64,000 bases of DNA. Origin: Cyanophora paradoxa CCMP329. Its lineage: Eukaryota; Plantae; Glaucophyta. Under the pieces are notes generated by a model that worked only from the letters and a program-made list of their open reading frames with translations, was not told the DNA's origin and ran no database searches. The stretch is from positions 14,994-78,993 of the forward strand of contig QPMI01000556.1 of assembly GCA_004431415.1 (NCBI GenBank), in the 5' to 3' direction. The translations under genes and the position numbers were made by a program. Of the stretch, positions 1 through 11,081 are shown in pieces. Within the stretch, counting starts at the first letter, position 1, and each line of letters opens with the position of its first letter.

Positions 1-63
1 ACCCACCACTGACCCGACGGCGTTGAAGCCATCCGGCCGCGGCCTGCAGGGAATCGCGATTGG
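1..63. repeat. Dispersed direct repeat, identical to 3359-3421 (probably extends upstream of the window)
   Basis: acccaccactgacccgacggcgttgaagccatccggccgcggcctgcagggaatcgcgattgg occurs at 1-63 and 3359-3421. Confidence 0.9.
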
Positions 64-268
64 TTTTGCGATTGCGAGCATGGACAGGAAATATGAAAGC
101 CCAATTGCAAGTGCGCACGTGCATGCGGGGCTTTAGCCAGAGAAGTATCGATGGCCATATCCTGTCGCTCGCGTCAGAGCAGGCAGGCGGCCACCGATGA
201 ATGAAAAGTCATCACGTTGAGGATAGGGGGAATTTCGCAATTCCAAGGCGATAGAGAAATGAGTATAT

Positions 269-1530
269 CGTTAACGATGGGTATTGGGGTACGCTCTTGC
301 GGAAGCGGCGATCTAGGGTACGCCATATTGAAAAGGCTTAGGGGCTGCGATGGCGCCGAGGCTCGATTGCGGGTACGTCGCGGTTGACGAAACTAGGGGT
401 ACGTCGTTAACGACGGGCATGGGGGTACGCTCTTGCGGAAGCGGCGATCTAGGGTACGCCATATTGAAAAGGCTTAGGGGCTGCGATAGCGCCGAGGCTT
501 GATTACGGGTACGTCGCGGTTGACGGAACTAGGGGTACGTCGTTAACGACGGGCATGGGGGGTACGCTCTTGCGGAAGCGGCGATCTAGGGTACGCCATA
601 TTGAAAAGGCTTAGGGGCTGCGATAGCGCCGAGGCTCGATTGCGGGTACGTCGCGTTTGACGGAACTAGGGGTACGTCGTTAACGACGGGCATAGGGGGT
701 ACGCTCTCGCGGAAGCGGCGATCTAGGGTACGCCATATTGAAAAGGCTTAGGGGCTGCGATAGCGCCGAGGCTCGATTGCGGGTACGTCGCGGTTGACGG
801 AACTAGGGGTACGTCGTTAATGACGGGCATAGGGGGTACGCTCTCGCGGAAGCGGCGATCTAGGGTACGCCATATCGAAAAGGCTTAGGGGCTGCGATAG
901 CGCCGAGGCTTGATTACGGGTACGTCGCGGTTGACGGAACTAGGGGTACGTCGTTAACGACGGGCATGGGGGGTACGCTCTTGCGGAAGCGGCGATCTAG
1001 GGTACGCCATATTGAAAAGGCTTAGGGGCTGCGATAGCGCCGAGGCTCGATTGCGGGTACGTCGCGGTTGACGGAAATAGGGGTGCGCCGTTAACGACGG
1101 GCATAGGGGGTACGCTCTCGCGGAAGCGGCGATCTAGGGTACGCCATATTGAAAAGGCTTAGGGGCTGCGATAGCGCCGAGGCTCGATTGCGGGTACGTC
1201 GCGGTTGACGGAACTAGGGGTACGTCGTTAATGACGGGCATAGGGGGTACGCTCTCGCGGAAGCGGCGATCTAGGGTACGCCATATTGAAAAGGCTTAGG
1301 GGCTGCGATAGCGCCGAGGCTTGATTACGGGTACGTCGCGGTTGACGGAACTAGGGGTACGTCGTTAACGACGGGCATGGGGGGTACGCTCTTGCGGAAG
1401 CGGCGATCTAGGGTACGCCATATTGAAAAGGCTTAGGGGCTGCGATAGCGCCGAGGCTCGATTGCGGGTACGTCGCGGTTGACGGAAATAGGGGTACGCC
1501 GTTAACGACGGGCATGGGGGGTACGCCATT
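269..1530. repeat. Tandem satellite, 136-137 bp unit, about 9 copies
   Basis: Units start (cgttaa) at 269, 405, 541, 678, 815, 952, 1089, 1226, 1363, 1500; each has four GGGTACG sub-motifs. Confidence 0.95.
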
Positions 1531-3419
1531 GTTGAAGCGTTAATCTAGGGTACGGTATTTAAACGTTTGATTGACGTTATTGATCCGACGGGCAAGTCGT
1601 GCTAGAAGGAGATCCAGGACGCACCTCAATTTGCAAGATCGAGGATGGAGCATCTGGCTGCATCTGGATCGATGAATGCTTTGAGCGGGGCGAGAAAGGA
1701 TAGCTTGACTATCAAATACACGCACTTGCCTAGTCCTGTGCCTGGCGAAGGGCTCGTGCTGCCACGGTCTTGTTGGTGCTGGAAGCTCCAGAAGCTCAGA
1801 AAAAGAGCGTTCCTTTTCCTTTGCGTAAGCCAGGGGAGACCTGCGATAAGGCGCGATTGGTCGCGGCGCGGTGAAGCGCAAGATAAGGAAAGCGCGGCAG
1901 GGCGCGGTTCACATACGAGCAAGGCATCCGGAAACGGAGGAGAAGCTGTGGCCGCTCCGCGGGACAGCGTGAAGCGCGCAGCTGATCGCCGTGTTCGCTT
2001 CTGCACCTACTGGCGCGAGTAAGATGAACTTGAGCTCAATATGCGCTCAAGGAACGAGCTGCGGACATGCCGTGGTCGACGACGATAATTTGCTAAAGTT
2101 GGCCGGCAGCTCTGCGCCGTACCGGATTAGTGCATAGAAGAGATCTATCAACTATGCCAGCCTCACGTTGCTAAGCACGTGGCGTTTCATGTGTGAAGGT
2201 CGAGAGTTCTGAGTCGCGGAGGTTTTGCAATTTGATCGTCATCACGGAAGGACCTGCGATCAGCAAGTCATCAGAGCGAAGCTGCGGCATGAGCTGAGCA
2301 GCCGGGATTGACGGTAGGGAGGAAAGCAGAACCGCGGATGTCGCGGCGAGTGGAACACCTAACCGGGCGGTGGGCCCGGATCCGACGCGGGGGAGGACTT
2401 GCCACTAGGGTCACCGGGAGGTCATCACTTATAGGTTGTCCAAGCCTATAAGCTCGCTGAGCGGCGAGGCAAGAAGCGCGCGGAGAGATAGCCTAAGGTG
2501 GCTTAGGTGTGGCGGTAGAGTTTAGACTCTGCCCTGTCGGGCAAGATTTGCTTGCACTGGGTGTCCTTTATCAACTCTAACCGTCCCGGGCGGCTGGCGC
2601 ACGCAGGTACGAGGCCTGGTCATCAAATCCCGGACAGGCGAGGTACGCGCGTGACCGCGGCAGCTCGCTCTGTTTCTGCTCCGTGATGACGTGCAGAGCT
2701 TCATCAGCGGGGAGTCGTTACGACGGGGCCGTCTACGGCGATTGCGAAGCGGGCGCACCTCAAGGTGGCCGGACATCGCGTGGCGTCAACGCCTGGGCCT
2801 CGTGTGGGCCAATAGTGCGAGGAAAGATAGAGTAAACGAATTCCGAACGTACCATAACCGCTTTGGATACTTCAGAAGGCGCGGTTTGAATTTCAGCATG
2901 CCGCATGGCGACATGGCGAGCTGAAGGAGCATCACGACAGTGCCGGAAGAACCTGAGCTCGGAGCTCATGAGTCTGCATATGCCGGAGAGCAAGAGGGGC
3001 ACGCACCGAGCTTCGAAGCTTCACGGGTATGCGAATAGGAGGGGCGTGAACGCCACGGGGGTACGAGTTTAAACCCCGTTCATATGTATATGCAGTTGCA
3101 GCTGCGCTGCGCGCAGCGCATACGTAACGTGCATTCGTGCATTACGAGGTGAGCTCTGAAGTTCCTTCGAAATCTCGAACGGCAGTGAGATCTAGATTTA
3201 TACTTCAAGGCTTGCAGAACTCGAGAGAGTACTATGCTCGAGGCTGAGCTTGAGCGGAATTCGAATGCTCAGGCAGCGCGTGCCATTATGTAATTTGATT
3301 CATAACAGCCGAGGCGCAGCGCGCGGCGGGGGGCGGCCGCGCGCTGCGCCGAGGCTGTACCCACCACTGACCCGACGGCGTTGAAGCCATCCGGCCGCGG
3401 CCTGCAGGGAATCGCGATT

Positions 3420-3491
3420 GGCGGTCGTCCATGCGCACCCGCCTGGCCCAGGCTCGGCGGTCGTCCATGCGCACCCGCCTGGCCCAGGCTC
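3420..3491. repeat. 36-bp tandem duplication
   Basis: ggcggtcgtccatgcgcacccgcctggcccaggctc x2, directly after the copy of the 1-63 repeat. Confidence 0.85.
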
Positions 3492-3767
3492 GCAGGTCCC
3501 CCGAGAGCGCCCCGCTCGCCTCTGAGTCGACCTATGCGCATGACATGCGACTCGTGATGCGAGTATGCGAGAGTCAGAGAGTCAGGTTACAGTACGCATC
3601 TCGGATCATGGGATTCATGGCATGCCGCACGGCCCGCACCGTGGCACGCCGCATGCCGCATGCGGCATGCCGCATATGCGCGCGGCGTCGACTTTGCAAT
3701 TGGCGCCATGCTACGTATACCGTGATCATATATATATTGAGGGCGGGGGCGGGGCCGGGGCCCCGGG

Positions 3768-3901
3768 CTAGAGCATGTCCATGAGGTCCTCCATGCCCAC
3801 CGCCGCCGCCTCCTCCTTCACCGCCGCCCCCCCCCCCCCCCCCCCCCCCCCCGCCCCCGCCGCCCCCGCCGCCTCGGGGCCGGCGCCAGCTTCCCGATGA
3901 A
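3768..3901 (-). other. Diverged duplicate of the Ku80 terminal exon (alternative last exon or pseudo-exon)
   Basis: Minus strand cgcgtag|ttc atc ggg aag ctg gcg ... AVKEEAAAVGMEDLMDML*, paralogous to 4122-4268 (FIGKLAP...GMEDFMDML*). It is 134 nt, one base off frame across a long poly-C run. Confidence 0.75.
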
Positions 3902-4121
3902 CTACGCGCGCGCGCCCCGCCGGGCCCCGGCCGCGGGCCTGGCCCCAGGCCCCCAGCCCGCCGGCCCGGCCCGCCGTACGGTAGAAGGGATGACATTCAG
4001 CAACCCCGCCCCGGGGGGTTCAAGCGTGAGGGATTCAAGACTAGGAAAGGGCGGAGGAGGGCCGGCGCGGGGGCGGGGGCCCCGGGGCCCGGGCCGGCCG
4101 GGGGCGGCGGGGGGCCCCGGG

Positions 4122-6075
4122 CTAGAGCATGTCCATGAAGTCCTCCATGCCCTCCGCCGCCGCCTCCCCCTTGGGCTCGGCCCCCCCCTCCTCCTCCTCC
4201 TCCTTCACCGCCGCCCCCGCCCCCGCCCCCGCCCCCGCCTCGGGCCCCGGCGCCAGCTTCCCGATGAACTGCGCGCGCGCGCGCGCGGGGCGCGCGTCAG
4301 AGAAGGCGGCGCGGGGCGGGAGAGAGGGGAGGGGGGAAGGGCGGGGCCGCGCCTGGCGGGCCTCGTCGGGGGTGACGGAGCCGGCCTCGCCGTACACCTC
4401 GTCCCCCGTGATCAGCGACACCTGCCGGCCCCGCCCGGGGCCCCGCTCAAGGCAGGCGGGCGGGCGGGCGAGGCGATCGAGGCGGGGCGATCGAGGATGC
4501 TTGAGCGCGCGTGGATGTTGCTCTAGAATCCGATCGAGGCGGGGCGGTCGAGGATGCTTAAGCGCGCGTGGGTGCTGCTCTGGAATCCGGAAGAGGGGGG
4601 AGGAGGGCGGCGCACGTCCTTGGCGACGACGTGCGCCTCCCAGAACTCCCGGCGCGGCCCGGGGCCTTCCAGGCACAGCGCCTTCAGCCGCCGCAGGAAC
4701 TCGTTGAACCGCCGCGGCTCCTCGTTCTGCGCGGGAGGAGGGGTCGCGGGTGGAGGGGCGGGGCAGGGGAGGGCGGGGGCCAGGGTGCGGACCGTGACGC
4801 AGCCCTCGCGGAGGGCGGCGAGGGCGTCGGCGACCTTGCGGAAGAGGGCGGCGCTGCCCCGCGGGGCCTCCAGCAGCCGCAAGATCACCTGCGCGCCCCG
4901 CCCCGCCCCGCCCCGCGCTCGGAGCGGCGACACGCGGGGGACGGGCGGGCGGGCGGGGCCGGGGCCGGGGGCGGGCCTCGGAGAGGCCGGAGACGGCCTC
5001 CTCGACGCGGTCGCGCGAGCGGTCCCCGATGATCGCCTCGAAGCTGCCCCGCGGGTCCTCGCTCGTCACCTTCGCCGGCCGCCGCCCCTCCGCCATGATG
5101 CTCTGTCCTCCCCGCCGTGAGCGCGGCGGGGAGAAGGGGGGCGGGGGCGGGGAGGGGGAGGGGGCCCACGTCGATTCGGAGCTCCTGGGAGGGGATGGGC
5201 GCCGTCGCCGCCGGCGCGTCCCTCGCCCGCTGCCGCCCGTCTCGGCGGGGGCGGGAGGGAAGGAAGGGAGGGGGCGGGGCGGGGGGACCTTGGCGTCGGG
5301 CCCGTCGGCGTCGGCGGCGTCCCAGGCCGAGGCCGGCCGCTTCGCCCCCGGCGTCCCGTCCGCCCCCGCCTCGCCCCGCCTCGCCGCCTTCTCTGCGGCC
5401 CCGCCCCCGCGCCTCAGCCGGGCCGGGCGGCGCGGGGCGCACGCCAGGCCCGTCGCACCGATCTTGGCGAGGGGGAAGAGCTCGCGGAAGCGCTCGACCT
5501 CCTTCGCGCAGTGGGGCAGCACCTCCTCCGACGGGTCAACCATCCTGCGGGGGGCGCGGCCTCGGGCGGGCGGAGGGGGGCACGGGGGGACCGCGTGCAC
5601 CGCGCGAGGCGCTCGTCCTCGACGGGGACGGGGCAGGTCGGGTCCAGCGCCCGCGCCGGCAGCGTCCGGTACAGCCGCTGCGCGCAGGCGGAGGAGCTCG
5701 CCCGGCCGCCGCCGCGCGGGGCGGGCGAGGGCGGGCGAGGGCGAGGGGGAGGGCGCGCCTGGAGGGCGGGGTTGAACGTGTTCTTCGGCTTCAGCAGCTC
5801 GCCCCCGGCGCTGCGCGGAGGAGCGTTCAGATCGGCGCAAGGCCAAACGACGCGGGCAGACGGGGCGGGCGGCAGGCACTCGGCGGCGACGGCGGGCGAC
5901 GTGAGGTCCATGGCGCGGATGAGGGCCTCGGCGGCGGCGAGCTGCTCCCCGCTCGGCCCCCGCCGCGCGTCCCTCGCGAAGTCCTCGAACTGGAGCTCCC
6001 GGATGTCCTCCGCGAAGGGCAGCTGCACGAACACGAAGCCCTCGTACCCCGCCTTCACCCCTGCCCCGGGAGGTG

Positions 6076-6107
<32 letters not shown>

Positions 6108-8338
6108 TGGGAGGGGCAGCAGGGGGGGGAGGGTGACGCACGGGGGTAGAGGGCGCCCATCTTGACGGGGGCGTCCTTCTGGTAGACGAAGCGGACGACG
6201 GCGGCGGCGGCGCGCTCCTCCATGGCGCGGGCGAGGGAGGAGGCGGCGACGGCGGCGCGCTCGTTGCCGGGCTCGGGGACCCAGAGGTCGGCCCCGCTCT
6301 TGAAGTAGTGGCGGGGGACGGAGGCGGCGGGGACGAAGCCGATGAGCTCCGCGTGGCGCTCGCCGGTCTTGTACTTGAGGCTCTTGTACTCGTCCTTGTG
6401 GAACTTGACCTTGTCGCGCCCGTAGCTGAACGCGTACTCCAGGTTCGCCACCTCCACCTGCCGGGCGGCGGGCGGGCGGGCAGTGAGGGGGCGACAAGAG
6501 GAAGAGGAGGGGGCGGGCGGGCGGGCGGGCACGTCGGTGTCCCTCTCGTCCGTCTTGGTCGGGTCGACGTCCCTCAGCTTGTAGCGCATCGACCGCATCA
6601 CCTTGATCTGCTCCCTCGCTGCGGTACCCCGGCTCGGGGGTGCGGTGGGGGGGGGGGGGGGGGGGGGGGGTATGCGCGCCGTCCTCGGCGGCCCTCTCCT
6701 CGGGGGTCATCGACTCCAGCTTCTCCTTGTTGAACAGCTGCGCGCCGGCTCTCGGGGGGTACGCGGGCCCGGGAGGGAAGGGGCGGGCCTTGAAGGAGGG
6801 GTACCGCATCTCGGCCGTCTTCGTGAAGGACCACAGCTGAGAGGGCGCGTCACGGCGTCGGGCAGGGAAGAAGTGCGGGGCGGGGCGGGGCGGGGTACCG
6901 GTATGCGGAACTTGTGGCCGACCTTGGCGGGGCCGTCGAGGCCGGGGCCGGAGGCGGACGGGGGCGCCGGCATCTCCAGACCGATCCCGAACCCGAAACG
7001 GGCCTTGGAGGTCTGCGGGCCCGGCGAAGCCTCGGCGGAGGGGGGGGCGGGGCGGGGGGTGCGCGGCGGCGGCGGGCCTGTCTGACGGTGCGGGAGCGGA
7101 AGCCCGAGAGGAGCCCGAGCGCCTCGTGGATGGTCAGGACCGACCCCTCCGGCAGCTGCCCCGCGCCCCCGCGGCTCGGGGCGGGGCGGAGCGGAGAGGC
7201 GCGGCGCGGAGCGGGCGCACCGAGTCGGCGATCTGCCTCAGCAGCATCTCGTTCTTCCTCTGCGGTCCCGTAACGGCCAGCAGCGCGCGCGTGAGCCCGG
7301 CCCGGTCGCGCCCGGCGCGCGCGCGCGGGGGGGGGCCCGGGGGGCGGGAACGAGAGCGGACCTTCCGCTCGACGTCGGCGGGGGAGATGCGCTGTGCGGG
7401 GTCCGCCTGCGTGCCCGTGCCCGGGACGAAGTTGTTGTCATCGTCGACCTCCGCAAAGCCCAGGCCCCTGCGGCGCCCCCGGCGCGTCAGGGCGGCGGCG
7501 GCGGCGGGCGCGCCGGAGCGGCGGGGTCGGGCGGGGCGGGCGGGGGCGGGCGCGCATGACGAGGAAGCCCATGTTCTTTGCCTTCATCTCGGAGAGGATG
7601 GTCTCCATCGCCGCCTCGCTCGGCGCCTCGAACGCGTCCGTCAGCAGCACGATCCGCGTCGACGCATTCCGCTGCGTCCTCGTCTTTCTGATGAGCTGCG
7701 CCGCCCGGTCAGCAGGGGCGTTCGCTGCGGGTCGCGCGGGGCGCCCGCCGACCATGTCCATCGCCACGACGATGGCGTCGATGACTGCCGGGGCGTGAGG
7801 GCGGCGGGGGTCGTCCGGGGCGAGGTTGCGCACAGTCGCAGCGCTTGCCGCCGGGCGGCAGCGATTCCACCCGCTTGAGAAGATTAGTTTTCGGCACTTC
7901 GATCTTCTGGAGCGCTTGAATGTTCTGCGCGGGCGCCCGTCGGTCCCCCGGTGAGCGTTCTCTTCGGCGGACGCACCTCGTAGTTGCCTTCGCCCAACTC
8001 CTCCGCTAAGTCATTGTCCGTAGCTGCAGCAGACAGGCTTCGGTCCGAGCGTCGTTCGGGCGCGGCGCCGGCGCGGCGGCGGCACCGAGGGGCGCGGACC
8101 TCGGGAACCGAAGAGGAGCACGCCGACCTCGTCCTTTTTTGCATACAGAATCTTCTGCTCGACGAAGCTGCGCATCGCCTCCTGCGCCAGCTGCACGTAC
8201 GTCCTGCCGTCCTTGAACTTCGTGCGGGCCATCGACGCGCCCACGTCGACGACCAGCACCACGGTCTCCTGTGCAGCGTTTCAGCGATCACCGCAGCGTC
8301 CCATCGCGCTTGCTCGCCTTCAATGCCCGCCCCGCCAT
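4122..8338 (-). CDS. KU80: Ku80 (XRCC5), NHEJ DNA end-binding subunit; multi-exon
   Basis: Spliced N-terminus MAGRALK|ETVVLVVDVGASM...KKDEVGVLLFGS (vWA); DAIVVAMDM; EYAFSYGRDKV; AAVVRFVYQKDAPVKMGALYP; FVFVQLPFAEDIR; LLKPKNTFNPALQ; C-terminal SLITGDEV...MEDFMDML. Internal exon boundaries only partly resolved. Confidence 0.93.
4474..4587. repeat. 57-bp tandem duplication inside a Ku80 intron
   Basis: cgatcgaggcggggcg(a/g)tcgaggatgctt(g/a)agcgcgcgtgg...gaatc at 4474 and 4531. Confidence 0.8.
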
Positions 8339-8537
8339 CTTTGCGACTGGACTGCTGTACCCGGCAAAGGAGGCAGTGCCGCGCAAACCGCGGCACAGAC
8401 GCGGTACTAGGGGCAGCGGAAGCGTTTGCAGTGCTGTACTGTTCGTTGGAGGTCGTCGGGGACCGCCGCTTCTCGACCATCTTCCGTGCGGAGAAAAGCG
8501 CAGCCGCTCAGCCGGCGCTCTCAGTCGGCTGCGGAAG
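8339..8537. promoter_or_regulatory. Probable ~200-bp bidirectional promoter between Ku80 and the SLC35B3-like gene
   Basis: Divergent ATGs at 8338 (-) and 8538 (+); positional inference only. Confidence 0.5.
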
Positions 8538-10590
8538 ATGGAGGGCGTTAAAGGGGAACCCGGAACGATGAAGATTTGCGGAGTGAGCCCGCGCTCAGAT
8601 AAGGCTGCCGCGTCGCGCGCGGCGGATAACTCCTCCCGCGCTTGAGCGAACATGCTGCGCCAACAGGCGGTCGAGCGCTTTAGTCTAACCGCGCCCCCCG
8701 CAGATCGACCTCGCGCCGCTCCCGAGGAACCTGCAGTTTCTAATCTGCGCCGGCGGCGTCTTCGCCGTGTACCAGCTACACGCACTCGCGCAGGAGGTGC
8801 CCGGCGCCCGCACCGCCGTGAAGCCGCCCCGCGGCCGGCCGCCCTGCAGCTGCCGCGCGTCTGAGCGCGCGCCGCGCCGCAGTTCCTGTTCCGGTCGGAG
8901 CAGTGGACGTACAGCTGGTTCGTGACCTTCTTCGCCTTCGCCGTCGGCTTCTGCATCTCCAGCTTCGAGCGCATGCGCGCCGGCGACTCCGTCAAGTCCT
9001 TCACGCGCGCCCCGCCCCGCCCCGCCCCGCCCCGCCCGCCCCGCTGGCCCCGCTGAGGCGGCCGGCGCGCAGGGCGCCCGTGCTCTGGTTCGTCGTCATC
9101 GGGGCCCTCCTCCTCACCTCCATGGGCTTCTCCAACCTCGCCTTGACCTACGCACGTACCCCCTGCTCTGCTTCCCCGTACCCCCTCCCGTGCGAGCACC
9201 CCGACAGGTCAACCTCCCCACCCAAGTCGTCTTCAAGAGCGCCAAGGTCATACCCGGTCAGCTTCCGTCCCCCGCCCCGCCCCGCGGGGACGAGCGCCAG
9301 CCGATTCTCCCCCAGTCATGATTGCGGGGTACTTCGTCCTCGGCAAGACCTACAGCTGGCTCGAGTGCCCGGCCCCAGCCCACGTACCCCCGCCGCCCCC
9401 CGACCCCCCCACGCAGGTACGTCTCGGCCATCCTCTTCTTCTGCGGCCTCTCCATGTTCACCCTCGGGGGTACGCGCCTCCGACCCTCCTCCCGGTACCC
9501 TCTCCGCCCTGACCCGCGCCCCGCAGACGTGACCGTCACGCCGAACTTCAACGCACGCCCCGCCCACCCCCCTCCCAGATCTGTCCGTCAGCGACCTGAT
9601 CGCGTTGCGGCGGGCAGTGGCTGGGCGTGCTGAGCCTCCTCTTCGCGCTGTGCGCGGACGCCTTCATCGGCAACGCGCAGGAGAAGCTCCTCCGCCTCCA
9701 CCGCGTGCCCCTCACCGAGCTCGTCCAGGGCTCCTACCTCTTCGGTGCCCGCCCCGTACCCCCCTCCCGCCCGCCCCCGCCCCCCCCGCCCCGCCCGAGC
9801 CGGCGGCAGGGATGCTGCTGTGCCTGGGGCTGTGCGTGGTGAACGGGGAGCTGCTGGGCGCCCTCCGCGCCTGCAGCGCCAACCCACAGGCCCGCCCCGG
9901 CGCCCCCGACTCCACCCCGCCGTGCCCCCGGCCTCACCCTGCCTCACTTTCCCGCAGATCTGGGGCCTCCTCACCCTCGCCGCCCTCGCCGGCCCGCCCC
10001 GCCCCGCCCCGCCCCGCGGCTTCACCCGGCGCCCCCGGCGCCGCTGACGGCCGCGCGCGCAGGGTACCTGGGGACGTACTTCGTGCTGATGCTGGTGAAC
10101 GGCTTCGGGGCGGTCACCGCCGTGGTCGTCACCTCGTGCCGCAAGCTCATCACGATCATGGCGAGCCGCTCCAACGCCCCCCCCCCCCCCCCGCCTCTAT
10201 CGTACCCCCCTCACCGCGGCTCTGACGGGCACCCCCCGCAGCTCTCCTTCGTGCTCTTCCCGAAGCCGTTCACGTGGCTCTACTTGTGGGGCACCCTCGT
10301 GCTCTTCGCGGGGGTCCTCGTCAACACGTGCGCCGGGCGCCGCGCCGTGCCGCACCCCGCGCCGGGGCTGACGAGCGAGCCCGTGGGCCGGGCGCAGGTA
10401 CGCGAAGAACCACGGGCACCACGGCCACGCCGGGGCGGGCGCCGGCGCAGGCCACGCGCACGGCCGGGGCTCGGGGGGCCCGCACGGCACGCCCCCGGCG
10501 GAGGCGCACCGCCCGCGGGCCGCGCTGGGCATGCGGAGCCCCAAGCGGGACCCCCACGCAGGGACGGACCCTAGCGACGAGCGCGTGTAG
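8538..10590 (+). CDS. SLC35B3: Nucleotide-sugar/PAPS transporter, SLC35B3 (PAPST2)-like, 14 exons
   Basis: Spliced product: LQFLICAGGVFAVY...QE; SNLALTY|VNLPTQVVFKSAKVIPVM; ALCADAFIGNAQEK; FGAVTAVVVTSCRKLITIM|LSFVLFPKPFT; stop TAG at 10588-10590. Confidence 0.88.
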
Positions 10591-11081
10591 CTCCCGCCTA
10601 TCGAACAGTGTAATCGCGTAACTATATTAATGTTCTACCGCATTCAATGCTAGCCAGCACAGAGGAACTGAGCCTGCACTGCATGAGCCTGCACAAGGTA
10701 TGAGATACAAAACAGTGTTAAAGAATGCGTGAGCGAAACGGGAGCTCGTGTTATCTCGCTTAAAAGAAACTATTGCAAGCGACTGCAACAGACCTCAAAG
10801 GCGAATGAATACTGCCCTAGCGACTCTAGTGTTTCAAAAAGAATGCGGAAGAGCTCGAACGCGGCTAAAGCATATGCACATGTACATTCAGGAATGAAGA
10901 ACGCACAAAAAACACTCATATAGTAAAGCAGGGGAGAAGGATAGGCTACACACAACTACGCGAACAGCACCCGCAACTACGCGAACATAATCTACCGTAC
11001 CATCTGTCTTATGTACAGGTGGGGCGCAAGGGGGCGGCGGGGAAGGCGGCCGGGCCGGCCGCGCCGCGCCGCGGCGCCGGT

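Noticed and set aside
269-1530. Satellite as a CRISPR array or telomere
   Set aside because: Whole units repeat with no spacers, and TTAGGG occurs once per unit rather than in tandem.
1540-3300. Short ORFs as genes or a transposon remnant
   Set aside because: No recognisable motif in the frames I read, with frequent stops; a decayed element cannot be excluded.
7884-8480. ORF MVEKRR... as the Ku80 start
   Set aside because: The spliced start at 8338 (MAGRALK|ETVVLVVDVG) matches Ku80 N-termini much better.
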